A DNA stretch of 57,811 nt, from the NCBI GenBank assembly GCA_046262675.1, contig JBHEMH010000007.1, positions 1 to 57,811 on the forward strand, in the 5' to 3' direction. Every line of letters starts with the position of its first letter. The stretch's first letter is position 1. Of the stretch, positions 26,540-35,790 are shown piece after piece. The translations under genes and the position numbers were made by a program. The DNA is from Vulcanimicrobiaceae bacterium. GTDB taxonomy: Bacteria; Vulcanimicrobiota; Vulcanimicrobiia; Vulcanimicrobiales; Vulcanimicrobiaceae. The notes beneath the pieces are model-generated. The model ran no database searches and was not told the origin of the DNA. It saw only the letters and a program-made list of their open reading frames with translations.

Positions 26540-27574
26540 GTGATGCTTCACCTTATTCTCGCAGCGGCGATCGTCTCTAACGGTTGGTCGAACCAGAGCG
26601 CCAAGCTACTGCATGCGCTCGACCATGCGATACTGTCCTTCCCAGCGCATCGAGCCGATCTGGAGCGCAAGTTCGGCAAAAGCCAGGCAATCGATCTGGG
26701 GGTGCGCCTCGCCGACGATGAAGCGGCATTCTCAGAAACCATACCGGCGGGATACAGCGAGGATGCGTTCCACGAAACGCTCGAGACCATCGCACGGTTA
26801 GACCTCGGACTGATTGCACGAGCCGAAACCTGGACCAAGCCGCAACTCTTGAATGAACCCGGGCTTCACGCAGGGTTCGTGCAATCACCTACGGACGGCT
26901 TGTGGGAACCGCTAGCGGTGTACGTTCCGCCACATCATGCTGCAAATCCGCCGATTGCGTTCGTGATTCACGGACGGCCGCAGACGGAAACGGAACTGCT
27001 TGGCCAATCCTATTTTCGTTCGCTCGCCGATGGTACCGGAACGGTGCTTGTCGCCCCGTGGGGCCGGGGCATTTACGATTTCGAAGGTGTCGCCAAAACG
27101 GATGTAGAGGCGCTCGTGCCAATTGCACAAGCCACCTTTGCAACCGATGCGCACAAGAGTTTCCTGGTCGGCTATTCCATGGGTGGATTTACGGTTTTTA
27201 AAATCGGAACCACAAAGCCGTGGGCGGGGGTGATGTGCGTCTCGGGATCGATGCTCAACAGCGAAGTGCCTGGGATTCGCTTTGCCTGGCGCGAGACGCC
27301 TGTCTACGTTGTCAACGGGTCAAGCGATGCCGTTATTCCACCGCTTTATGGAATGGAAACGGCGGTTTTTCTGGACTCACTCGGAATTCCGACAAGTTTC
27401 TACCAGCAACCCGGCGGAAGCCACTCGGTGCGCACGCTTATGCCGCAACTGCAGCGGGCGTGGACCGACATGCATCAGGGCATTACGCGGCCCGCTAGCA
27501 TTCCGCAAATCCAGTCGCGTAATGGCGTCCTACCCGCCCCGCCGAGGACGCACGACGGTGTATTGAAGCCCTAA
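26540..27574 (+). CDS. Secreted alpha/beta hydrolase (esterase/depolymerase-like; GYSMGG nucleophile elbow)
   Basis: 344 aa. Signal-like N-terminus. ...FVIHGRPQTE... and GYSMGGF motif. Confidence 0.65.
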   Translation: MMLHLILAAAIVSNGWSNQSAKLLHALDHAILSFPAHRADLERKFGKSQAIDLGVRLADDEAAFSETIPAGYSEDAFHETLETIARLDLGLIARAETWTKPQLLNEPGLHAGFVQSPTDGLWEPLAVYVPPHHAANPPIAFVIHGRPQTETELLGQSYFRSLADGTGTVLVAPWGRGIYDFEGVAKTDVEALVPIAQATFATDAHKSFLVGYSMGGFTVFKIGTTKPWAGVMCVSGSMLNSEVPGIRFAWRETPVYVVNGSSDAVIPPLYGMETAVFLDSLGIPTSFYQQPGGSHSVRTLMPQLQRAWTDMHQGITRPASIPQIQSRNGVLPAPPRTHDGVLKP

Positions 27575-28105
27575 TTGCGAGACGGCGTTTGCCATATTGA
27601 GTTGGATCGCCGGGTTCAAACCCACCCAGGTCGCGCGAATATTTCCCTTCGGATCGATCACCACCATTGTCGGAAAACCCTCGACGTTGAACCAATTTGA
27701 TGCAAGCCGGTTGGGATCGAGCGCAACGCCGTGCAGTTTGTACTGCGTGGCGAATGCGGCGGCAATGGGCTGCGGTTCTCCAACATCAATTGGTATGACA
27801 TCCGTTTGGGGATGTGAGCGCGCGAACCGCTCCACTAGCGGCAGCGAAAGTTTACACGGTTCGCACCAGCTCGCGTAAAAGTCCAGGAACACGACCCGTC
27901 CACGATGGTCTGCTAGCTTGAACGATTGGCCATCCAGACTCGCGAGTACGAGATGCGGCGCGGGCAGAGCTGCAGATTGATTTAAGGAGCGCGGAGCAAT
28001 CAGCAGTTTCCAGATGACAAAGACAATAACGATAACGGCCAGCACGTCCCAGACTCGCGCGAGCGTCAGCCAACGTCGTTTAATCGGTGGTAAAGACTGC
28101 TGCAA
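27530..28105 (-). CDS. TlpA-like thiol:disulfide oxidoreductase (membrane-anchored thioredoxin fold)
   Basis: 191 aa. N-terminal TM. WCEPC active site. Confidence 0.8.
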   Translation of the reverse strand: MQQSLPPIKRRWLTLARVWDVLAVIVIVFVIWKLLIAPRSLNQSAALPAPHLVLASLDGQSFKLADHRGRVVFLDFYASWCEPCKLSLPLVERFARSHPQTDVIPIDVGEPQPIAAAFATQYKLHGVALDPNRLASNWFNVEGFPTMVVIDPKGNIRATWVGLNPAIQLNMANAVSQLGLQYTVVRPRRGG

Positions 28106-29270
28106 TTCCCTGTCCGCCGCCGATGCATGCCGATGCGACGCCGTAGCCGCCGGCGTTTCTGCGCAAATCGTGCAAGGCCGTCAGTGCGAGACGCGCGCCC
28201 GAGGCGCCAAGCGGATGACCCAGTGAAATGGCCCCGCCGTGCGGATTGAGCCGCACGCCGCTCGAACCCATTTCTTTGAGACATGCAAGCACTTGCGGTG
28301 CGAACGCTTCATTGATTTCCATCACTGCGAGATCTTTTTCCGTGATGCCGGCCTGTTTTAGTGCGCGCGGAATCGACATCGCTGGACCAATGCCCATGAT
28401 ATCGGGGTCGACGCCGACAACGCTTGCGCCGACCAGACGGCCCATCCAGGCAATACCGTCGGCCTTTGCCTGTTTGACCGTTGTGAGGACAACCGCGGCC
28501 GCGCCGTCGGTGATGCCGCTCGCGTTTCCGGGTGTCACGACGCCGTCTTTCGTAAAGCGCGCGGGGAGTTTGCCGAGCTTCTCCATCGTCAGACCGGAAC
28601 GCGGACCTTCATCGCGATCGATGTTCGAAGTAGTGCCTTTTGGGCCCGGCACGGTAAGCGGCGCAATCTCTTCTGCGAAATAACCATCGCCTTGTGCCGC
28701 GAGCGCGTGCTCTTGGGAGGCAAGGGCGAACTCATCGCATGCTTCGCGCGCGACGTTATATCTTTTCGCGAGATTTTCCGCCGTAATCGCCATCGGCATG
28801 TTGTTGTACGAGTCGGTCAGCGCTTCCCAAAGCGAATCTTCGAGCTTCGGCGCCGCACCGAGTGCAAAGCCCTTTCGCGCGCCACGCACGATATGCGGTG
28901 CCTGGCTCATCGATTCACTGCCGCCCGCAAGCGCATAGGTGGTTTGCCCGAGCATCAGCGAGTTGGCCGCCGTCAAGATGGCCTGAAGGCCGCTCCCGCA
29001 CAGACGATTGAGGGTCAGAGCGGGGGCGCCGACCGGAACGCCGACTCGCAGCCCGACGTGGCGCGCGAGGTAAATTGCATCGGCGCTTGTCTGCATGACG
29101 TTGCCGAAGACGACGTCGTCGATCTTCTCCGCCGGGATTGCGCTGCGCTTGAGCGCTGCTTCGGCCGCGTGCACGGCGAGGTCCGTGGCCGACAGGTCCG
29201 CCAGCACTCCGTTTAAATTTCCAAAGGGCGTTCGGGCGCCCGCCACGACCACCACGTCGTTCTCACTCAT
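28080..29270 (-). CDS. Acetyl-CoA C-acetyltransferase (thiolase II)
   Basis: Thiolase motifs (NRLCGSGLQAI, ...NEAFAPQVLA..., GGGQGIAAVF). Start at Met 29270 (MSENDVVVV...). ORF extends to 29303. Confidence 0.85.
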   Translation of the reverse strand: MSENDVVVVAGARTPFGNLNGVLADLSATDLAVHAAEAALKRSAIPAEKIDDVVFGNVMQTSADAIYLARHVGLRVGVPVGAPALTLNRLCGSGLQAILTAANSLMLGQTTYALAGGSESMSQAPHIVRGARKGFALGAAPKLEDSLWEALTDSYNNMPMAITAENLAKRYNVAREACDEFALASQEHALAAQGDGYFAEEIAPLTVPGPKGTTSNIDRDEGPRSGLTMEKLGKLPARFTKDGVVTPGNASGITDGAAAVVLTTVKQAKADGIAWMGRLVGASVVGVDPDIMGIGPAMSIPRALKQAGITEKDLAVMEINEAFAPQVLACLKEMGSSGVRLNPHGGAISLGHPLGASGARLALTALHDLRRNAGGYGVASACIGGGQGIAAVFTTD

Positions 29271-29364
29271 ACCGTTTCTCAAGATTGGTCCTCTCGTCTG
29301 CAAAATAGGCCCCGCTTAATTCCCGTGCGGGACGGGGCCGCCTGCGCGGCGTACTCTGGGAGCG

Positions 29365-30315
29365 ATGCCGATAGTCACTCGTCCTGCCGCTATTACTCTT
29401 GATGCTAGGTCTCTTCAGCCTGCCACGAAGTCCGCTCAGATTCTTGAGGCCTTCGATAAGCTCTCCCTGGGCGCCGTGCTCGAAATTAACGAGGAAACGG
29501 ATCCCCGGTCCCTCCGTAACGAGATGACCCAGTTGCGCCAAGGAAAGTTTTCATGGGACGCCCGCAACCTGGGATCGAGCCGCTGGACCGTCCGGCTGGA
29601 ACGCATCGATGAGAACGCCGAAGGCGAGCATTTTTTCGCCCACGTGCCGCCTTTCAATTCGGCAAAGGCGCAAACCATTAAAGAACTTGGCGGCCAAATG
29701 AGCGAGCGCTCCTACAAAGCGGGCGAGACAATTTTTGATGAAGGCGAGATCTGGCCGTACCTCGGCGTCGTGAAGACCGGCAAAGTCATTTACACCCTGC
29801 TTTCCCCCGACGGCAAAACGCACACCTTGGGCGAGCGCCTGACGCACGACACCCTTAATGAAAGCGGCACGTTCGATGGCGGCGGAGCCACCACACGCGC
29901 CGAAGCGTTGACCGATTGCGTCGTCGTTACGGTTTCAAGCGAAGCGGTCTTGCACGCCAACCGCAACGACAGCGAACTCGCCCTCGGCTTTCTCCAACAA
30001 GCTTCGCAAGCACGCCGCCGTTCGATTGAAACGGTAGCAGACTTAGCTTTTGCACACGTCTTGCAACGCGTCGCAAAATTTTTGCTTGGGTATGCACCGG
30101 CGTCGGTCGGCATGGCCAAAGGGCTGCCGGGCGTTGAGAATCTTTCGCAAGCGCAAATCGCGGCCGCCGCCGGAACGGTTCGCGACATGGCGGCGCGTGC
30201 ATTGCTGCGTTTGAAGAACGCAAGCGCCGTAGAACTCGACCGCGGACGCGTGAAGGCAATCGATCGCGCACGCCTCGAAGCGTTTGCGCACAATGTCCAA
30301 GCCCCGCCCGTCTAA
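29365..30315 (+). CDS. Crp/Fnr-family transcription regulator with N-terminal DUF2249-like domain
   Basis: Residues about 1-85 match the DUF2249 pattern (ITLDARSLQPATKSAQILEAFDKLSLGAVLEINEETDPRSL...RWTVRLERI). Residues about 110-316 are a cNMP-binding beta-barrel plus C-terminal HTH (...NLSQAQIAAAAGTVRDMAARALLRL). Confidence 0.7.
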   Translation: MPIVTRPAAITLDARSLQPATKSAQILEAFDKLSLGAVLEINEETDPRSLRNEMTQLRQGKFSWDARNLGSSRWTVRLERIDENAEGEHFFAHVPPFNSAKAQTIKELGGQMSERSYKAGETIFDEGEIWPYLGVVKTGKVIYTLLSPDGKTHTLGERLTHDTLNESGTFDGGGATTRAEALTDCVVVTVSSEAVLHANRNDSELALGFLQQASQARRRSIETVADLAFAHVLQRVAKFLLGYAPASVGMAKGLPGVENLSQAQIAAAAGTVRDMAARALLRLKNASAVELDRGRVKAIDRARLEAFAHNVQAPPV

Positions 30316-30982
30316 CTCTACCGAACACCTCGGGCTCATCGGCGGCCTCGGTACCGCGGCGGGAATTTTCTATTACGAAAAACTCGTCGAGCTGCATAGC
30401 CCGCTACGCCTTACGCTCGCGCATGCAGACTTGCCGACCATGATGCGCTATCTCCAAGCGCAAGACTGGGCCGCGATGGCGGACTATCTCGTGGGCATGA
30501 TCGAATCGCTCGCGGGCGCCGGCGCGACTTTTGCTGCAATCTCGGCGGTGACGCCGCATATCGTCTTCGATCGCATCGCGCCCCGCTGCCACATTCCGCT
30601 TATCAGCGTGTTGGACGTGCTTCCGAAAGCAATCGCCGAAGCGGGCCTCACACGCATCGCGCTTTTCGGCACAAAAGCTACTGTTGAATCGAGGGTATTC
30701 GGAACATTTCCGCAGGAAAGCGTCGTTGCTCTCGGTGATGCCGACAGCGAGCGCGTCTATCAGATTTACGCCGATGTAGCGCGCGGGAAGCTAACCCAAT
30801 CGTATCGCGATGAAGTCTCAGAACTCGCTCGCAGAGCACTCGATCGCGGTGCCGAGGCGATTGTGCTCGCTGGTACCGATCTCTCCGCGCTCTTTCGGGA
30901 TCAAGCCCCGAAGTTTCCGCACGTCGACGCCGCGCACGCACACATTGACGCAATCTCGGACCGTCTTCAAAAAATATCGTAG
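30293..30982 (+). CDS. Aspartate/glutamate racemase family protein
   Basis: HLGLIGGLGTAAG N-terminal motif and second-half thiol region (...IALFGTKATVES...IVLAGTDL). Start at ATG 30293. The ORF-track TTG is at 30284. Confidence 0.7.
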   Translation: MSKPRPSNSTEHLGLIGGLGTAAGIFYYEKLVELHSPLRLTLAHADLPTMMRYLQAQDWAAMADYLVGMIESLAGAGATFAAISAVTPHIVFDRIAPRCHIPLISVLDVLPKAIAEAGLTRIALFGTKATVESRVFGTFPQESVVALGDADSERVYQIYADVARGKLTQSYRDEVSELARRALDRGAEAIVLAGTDLSALFRDQAPKFPHVDAAHAHIDAISDRLQKIS

Positions 30983-31392
30983 ACGTCCGCGGTTTCGCCG
31001 GGGTTCGGTAAGAGACTATGCAGCGACGCCTCGCATCGAGGACCGAGTGTTTCCCGGTCGACCGGATTGTTGGATAACATGATTGTTCCCACGTCTCGCG
31101 TTTGATTGGCAAAGACACGATAGAGAGGCAAGCACGTCCACGAGTACCCCATCTTTTCGGGTGTAACGTACGTCAGTCCAGGCCGCACAGATAGGAATAC
31201 AAAAAAACCGTCAAGCCCGGTTGTTGTCGTTATCTCCTCGCCGTCAATATTCAGTGTCACGGATGCGCCTTCGACTGGTTGGTTTTTCTGGTCATTAACA
31301 TGACCCCGTACCATACCCGTGTTGCCATCGGCCATAGCTCGGGACCCCGGAGCAAGAAGCATGCAGAGAGCAACCACACAGACAATTTTCAT
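30967..31392 (-). CDS. Secreted protein with carboxypeptidase-regulatory-like (CarboxypepD_reg) beta-sandwich domain
   Basis: 141 aa. Signal peptide. GMVRGHVNDQKNQPVEGASVTLN... pattern. Confidence 0.55.
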   Translation of the reverse strand: MKIVCVVALCMLLAPGSRAMADGNTGMVRGHVNDQKNQPVEGASVTLNIDGEEITTTTGLDGFFVFLSVRPGLTYVTPEKMGYSWTCLPLYRVFANQTRDVGTIMLSNNPVDRETLGPRCEASLHSLLPNPGETADVYDIF

Positions 31393-32369
31393 CCATTCAC
31401 CCCGGCGAGTTTCTTAAGCGCTTCATCAAAGGTATGAACGGGCACGACCTTCATGTCGTGACTGCCGGCAATCTCGCTGTAGTTTTCGCGCGGTACGAAA
31501 AACACGGTCGCTCCTGCGCGACGAGCTGCGATGAGCTTTTGCGGCGCGCCTTCGATCGGGCCAACGATCCCGTCGTACGAGATGGTACCCGTGCCGGCAA
31601 TCTTCGCAACCGGCGACGGTGCGGGCTTGAGCGTGCGATAGATATCCATCGCGAACATCAGCCCACCCGAACTTCCGGATACGCTAAACGGTTTGAACTC
31701 CACCGGCACGGCCAAGTGGGGTGCTGCGAAGGATGCGAGCAGATAGACTCCGAGACGCGTTTCACCTTTAATCGCCATCGTTTTTACGCGGGCTCTGTGC
31801 ATCCGGCCTTTACGCCAATAGGTGACGTTGACCTGATCCCCAGGTTTCAGCTTGAAAAGCGCGTTCTGCACGGTAACGGTGGTAGTAACCGGCTTGCCAT
31901 TGACCGTACGTAACACGTCACCGGGCTGCAGGTCTCGCTGCGCTTGCGAACTGGGATCGAAGTGGCCGATCGAGACGCTCGACTCCGGAATCCGTACCCC
32001 AAGATTTGCGGCGCGTTCCGCAACGACGGCGGCTATTGATTGGCTCTCATTCATCGCGTGTTTCATGAGGTCGTCGAACTGCGCAATGGTGACGCCCTTG
32101 GGCAGGACTTCTTCCGTGTGCACGATCCGCGCCCCGGGCATCAACCCTTGCAGTAGCATGAGCGGACTCACCCGCTCTTGCAGCGTCACATCCGTCATGT
32201 AGTAGTGTTGAGCCGGCGGCTTGTGCCCGGCAACGGTTAGGACGTCGCGCACGTCGATCGCGCTTCCCGGCAAGATCAGCGAGTACGGCGTCGGGGCAAA
32301 CGAAATCGCGGCCGCCATAAAGGCGGCCACGATATAGGTGAGGACTCGATTGCGCGGAGGCGTCCGCAT
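31389..32369 (-). CDS. YlbL/SepM-type protease: N-terminal TM, PDZ domain, Lon-like S16 C-terminal proteolytic domain
   Basis: 326 aa. ...GDVLRTVNGKPV... (PDZ). ...SGSSGGLMFAMDIYRTL...IAGTGTISYDGIVGPIEGAPQKLIAARRAGATVFFVP (Lon C-terminal). Confidence 0.75.
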   Translation of the reverse strand: MRTPPRNRVLTYIVAAFMAAAISFAPTPYSLILPGSAIDVRDVLTVAGHKPPAQHYYMTDVTLQERVSPLMLLQGLMPGARIVHTEEVLPKGVTIAQFDDLMKHAMNESQSIAAVVAERAANLGVRIPESSVSIGHFDPSSQAQRDLQPGDVLRTVNGKPVTTTVTVQNALFKLKPGDQVNVTYWRKGRMHRARVKTMAIKGETRLGVYLLASFAAPHLAVPVEFKPFSVSGSSGGLMFAMDIYRTLKPAPSPVAKIAGTGTISYDGIVGPIEGAPQKLIAARRAGATVFFVPRENYSEIAGSHDMKVVPVHTFDEALKKLAGVNG

Positions 32370-32377
32370 TCGATACG

Positions 32378-32941
32378 TTATTTCTTGACGAGCTCTATCG
32401 ACTGGAGCGCTGCAGTCTCATCCGCAGATTGCGCATCAAAGGCGACACGTTTGCTCTTAGCGGCAGCTTCGGCGAGCGGTGAGGCAGAACCGGAGGATGG
32501 TTTTTGTCCGGTGAGCGCCTCGCGGCCCTTGCGCACGGATCCGAGTGCCCCCGAAAGCCGGTTTTCAAGTTCGCCTAAGAGCTGTGCGGCGTACTGATCC
32601 GCGCCTTCGCGAATTTTCTGTGCGCGGGCTTCGGCTTCGCGCAAGACCGTTTCGGCGGTGGTGCGTGCGCGCTGCACGATTTCATTTTGATCGACCAATT
32701 GTTCGTGCGTAACGCTTGCTTCGCTAACGATGGACTGCGCTTTCTCTTGCGCAGCGCGAATCATGCGGTCCTGATCCTTGGCGATGATTTTTGCGCGGCC
32801 CACTTCTTCGGGCAACGTCGAGCGGATTTTTTCGACAAACTCAATGAGACGCTCTTCGCTAAGAACGCGATAACCCGCGGGCAGCCACGTACCTTCGTGC
32901 ACGTAGGCTTCAAGTTTATCCAGGACGCGATAGACCGACAT
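32378..32941 (-). CDS. Coiled-coil protein (ATP-synthase-b-like heptad region), function unknown
   Basis: Start at Met 32941 (MSVYRVLDKLEAYVHEGTW...). Long Ala/Glu/Arg/Gln-rich helix. Conserved position between coaD and ylbL. Confidence 0.45.
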   Translation of the reverse strand: MSVYRVLDKLEAYVHEGTWLPAGYRVLSEERLIEFVEKIRSTLPEEVGRAKIIAKDQDRMIRAAQEKAQSIVSEASVTHEQLVDQNEIVQRARTTAETVLREAEARAQKIREGADQYAAQLLGELENRLSGALGSVRKGREALTGQKPSSGSASPLAEAAAKSKRVAFDAQSADETAALQSIELVKK

Positions 32942-32954
32942 TCGAGTACCTCCG

Positions 32955-33473
32955 TTAGGTTGAGCTGCGTAGAAGCTCGCGTTTGCGCGACATGAAACGC
33001 ATGACGGGATCGGGCACGAGTGCTCCGACGTCGCCGCCAAGAAAAAACACTTCTTTGACCATGCTTGAACTGACAAATGAATATTTTTGGTCCGACATCA
33101 GAAACATCGTATCGACGTCGGAGAGCGAGCGGTTCATCAGGGCGGTCGACATTTCGCTCTCGAAATCAGAAACGACGCGCAACCCTTTGATAATGACGTC
33201 CGCCTTCTTCTCTTTGGCGTAATCGGCGAGCAGTCCGCGAAAGTGCTCGACCGTAACGTTCGGCAAATCCGCGACGCACTCAGAGATCATGCTCTTACGC
33301 TCGTCGAGCGTGAACATGGGTTCGCGCTTTTGCGGATTAACCACAACGGCTACGGTGAGCTCTGCGAAAATTTTGGAAGCGCGCACGATGACGTCGAGGT
33401 GGCCATTGGTCGGCGGGTCGAACGATCCGGGGTAGATCGCCCGGGGCGCTCGCACGACGCCGTTGTTGTTCAA
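32955..33473 (-). CDS. coaD: Phosphopantetheine adenylyltransferase CoaD
   Basis: 172 aa. YPGSFDPPTNGHLDV (HxGH nucleotidyltransferase motif). Confidence 0.9.
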   Translation of the reverse strand: MNNNGVVRAPRAIYPGSFDPPTNGHLDVIVRASKIFAELTVAVVVNPQKREPMFTLDERKSMISECVADLPNVTVEHFRGLLADYAKEKKADVIIKGLRVVSDFESEMSTALMNRSLSDVDTMFLMSDQKYSFVSSSMVKEVFFLGGDVGALVPDPVMRFMSRKRELLRSST

Positions 33474-34031
33474 TTAAGAACCCCCCGGCAACGGGGTAAA
33501 GAACGCCAGCGCCACATCGCCGTATACTTCTTCACGAGCGGAGCGGTACCCCGGTATTTCGGGAAGAATCGTGCGCGCGCTGTGCTCGAAAATGACGACC
33601 GCCTCATCTGTGAGTAAGTTGCGCTCGCGCAGCAGTTCGAACATTTTCAGGGGGAGCTCCGACGCATACGGCGGGTCGGCGAAGACGATATCAAAGGTGC
33701 CGTCAAGGCGGTACAGTGCGCGATCGACGGGAGCAGCAACCACGGTGAGCTTCTTACCGACGCCCAAGTCGCCAGCCGCTTCTTGAATCGCATGGGCGGT
33801 TTCACGGTGCGCTTCCACGGCGACGACGGCCCGCGCACCGCGGGACACCGCCTCAAGTCCGATCGCTCCAGTGCCGGCAAACAGATCGAGAAAGCGCGAA
33901 CCTTCAAGATTCGGCGCCAAAATCGAGAACAGCGCCTCTTTGACGCGCCCTGGTGTGGGCCGAACATTTTCGCCCTTTGGCGAACTCAACTTACGGCTTC
34001 GCAACTCTCCCCCGGTTATTTTGAACGGCAC
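33474..34031 (-). CDS. rsmD: 16S rRNA (guanine966-N2)-methyltransferase RsmD
   Basis: ...RPTPGRVKEALFSIL...DLFAGTGAIGLEAVSRGA...FADPPY. Start set to GTG 34031, 2 nt after the DUF885 stop. Longer ORF starts (34079/34097) would overlap DUF885. Confidence 0.8.
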   Translation of the reverse strand: MPFKITGGELRSRKLSSPKGENVRPTPGRVKEALFSILAPNLEGSRFLDLFAGTGAIGLEAVSRGARAVVAVEAHRETAHAIQEAAGDLGVGKKLTVVAAPVDRALYRLDGTFDIVFADPPYASELPLKMFELLRERNLLTDEAVVIFEHSARTILPEIPGYRSAREEVYGDVALAFFTPLPGGS

Positions 34032-34033
34032 AG

Positions 34034-35779
34034 CTAGAATGAAACCGGCTCCAGCGGTAACCGAACTCGATCGCTCCATGATGAATCGCCGAGCCATTCC
34101 CAGCGAATCGTTGAATACGGCACCGTGCCGTACGAAAGAAGTTTATCGTGGAAGGCGCGCAGCGAAAACTTCGCTCCTTCGCGATCTTTCACAAGCCCCA
34201 AAAGCGTCTCGATCTGCGTCTTGCCGAGAAGGTAATCGATGGCCTGCCCGGGCCCCTGCGCAAAGCGCGTTCCCTCTCCGTATGCGGTGTCGTGATCGAT
34301 GCCTGCATTCTTGCTAAAATAGTCGATCGCCACGGGCAACGGCATCTCGTCCGTCGCAAGTCCGACATCGACTCCGACACGGGTCGCGCGATGACGCATC
34401 AAATGAATGACGGCCCTGCGCCCCGCCGGATCGTTATCGTACAAGCCGCTACGCATGAGCATCTCTTCGCTGTAAAAGGCCCATCCTTCGGCAAAGACAC
34501 CGTCGCCAGAGGTGTGACGGATGAAATCCGGATTGTGATAGGCGATCGAAAACTGCATGAAGTGACCGGGAATACCTTCGTGTGCAAGCACGGGCAGGAC
34601 CGACTGCCTTGCTTGCGCGGCAAAGAAGCTGGTGTTGTGCGGATCGTAATCCGGCACGAAGTAGAAGCCTCCCGGATCTTTATCGAAAACGCCCGGTGGA
34701 TTCATAAACCCACCCGGATTGGTAGCAGCTAAGGCCTTCGGCAGTTCCACGATGTGAAACGCTCCGAGATACTTCGGCACCGTGACGATGTCGTGCGAAG
34801 CCAGAAACGCGCGCACCTTGGCCGTTTGGCTTTCATAGTATTTTAGGAAGGCCGCTTTGTTTGCAAACGGGGGCTGTTTTTTGCCCGGCGGTTCGTGCGC
34901 CTCGCGGTTCGCCTCCCACTGTTCGAGCGCGCGATCTCGCGCGAGTTCGAAAGTACCGATCTGGCGCACTTCGTCACTTGTGTACGGCAAGAGCAGCACG
35001 CGGCGCAGCAAAAAGTCGTACTGATCTTTGCCAACTGCGAACCCGCCGGAGTGCCAGTGCGGCAAGTGCCAATCGACCCACGCTTTGTACGCATGCAGGG
35101 CGGAGAGCGCTTGCGTTTGCGCTGCTTTCAAGTCCGCCTTTGTTTTCGGCGAGGCGTTGGTGGCGATTGAATCCAAGCTCGTTGTGAAGAGCGCTTCGCC
35201 GGATGCGATATCTTGCGATGCGACCACACCGAACTCACGAACCGGGTCGGTGAGGTTGGCCTTTCCTTGCGCCAAAACGGTAGGACACGCGCGCAAACGG
35301 CCGATCGCATCTCTCACTCGCACTTCGGTAGACGCAAATGGTTTCTTGATGAGCGAAAAGATGCCGTTGCTGCACGCGCTTTCATAAAGGCTCGGATCGC
35401 GCTCGTACGACTTGATGTAGGTGTCGTACCACCACGCGCCTTCAAGATTTGCGCGCACGAGCAAATAGTTGACCTGATCGTGCACCGGGGTGTCGTTCTC
35501 CGGCATAACCTTAAGAAGTTCCGCGCGATAGTCACGCAGCTTCTGCTGATAGTCTGCGTGCGCCGCTGGAGAAAAATCGGGTAGCTTATCGTCGGCGGTG
35601 TGCAAGCCCGCGTCCGTAGACCCAACCGGATCAACGCTGTACTCGTACATCACGAAACGATGGGCGACATCTTCGAGCAACCGGCCGTAGTACGGCGGTG
35701 AGGCTGCAAGGGATGGAGAGACGGTGAAGACGCAGGCTAAAGAAGCGATGCATATCGCGCGGCGTACACGATGAACCAT
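34034..35779 (-). CDS. DUF885 family secreted protein (HExxPGH metallopeptidase-like)
   Basis: 581 aa. Signal peptide. HEGIPGH motif. Confidence 0.7.
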   Translation of the reverse strand: MVHRVRRAICIASLACVFTVSPSLAASPPYYGRLLEDVAHRFVMYEYSVDPVGSTDAGLHTADDKLPDFSPAAHADYQQKLRDYRAELLKVMPENDTPVHDQVNYLLVRANLEGAWWYDTYIKSYERDPSLYESACSNGIFSLIKKPFASTEVRVRDAIGRLRACPTVLAQGKANLTDPVREFGVVASQDIASGEALFTTSLDSIATNASPKTKADLKAAQTQALSALHAYKAWVDWHLPHWHSGGFAVGKDQYDFLLRRVLLLPYTSDEVRQIGTFELARDRALEQWEANREAHEPPGKKQPPFANKAAFLKYYESQTAKVRAFLASHDIVTVPKYLGAFHIVELPKALAATNPGGFMNPPGVFDKDPGGFYFVPDYDPHNTSFFAAQARQSVLPVLAHEGIPGHFMQFSIAYHNPDFIRHTSGDGVFAEGWAFYSEEMLMRSGLYDNDPAGRRAVIHLMRHRATRVGVDVGLATDEMPLPVAIDYFSKNAGIDHDTAYGEGTRFAQGPGQAIDYLLGKTQIETLLGLVKDREGAKFSLRAFHDKLLSYGTVPYSTIRWEWLGDSSWSDRVRLPLEPVSF

Positions 35780-35790
35780 GGGCGCGATTT

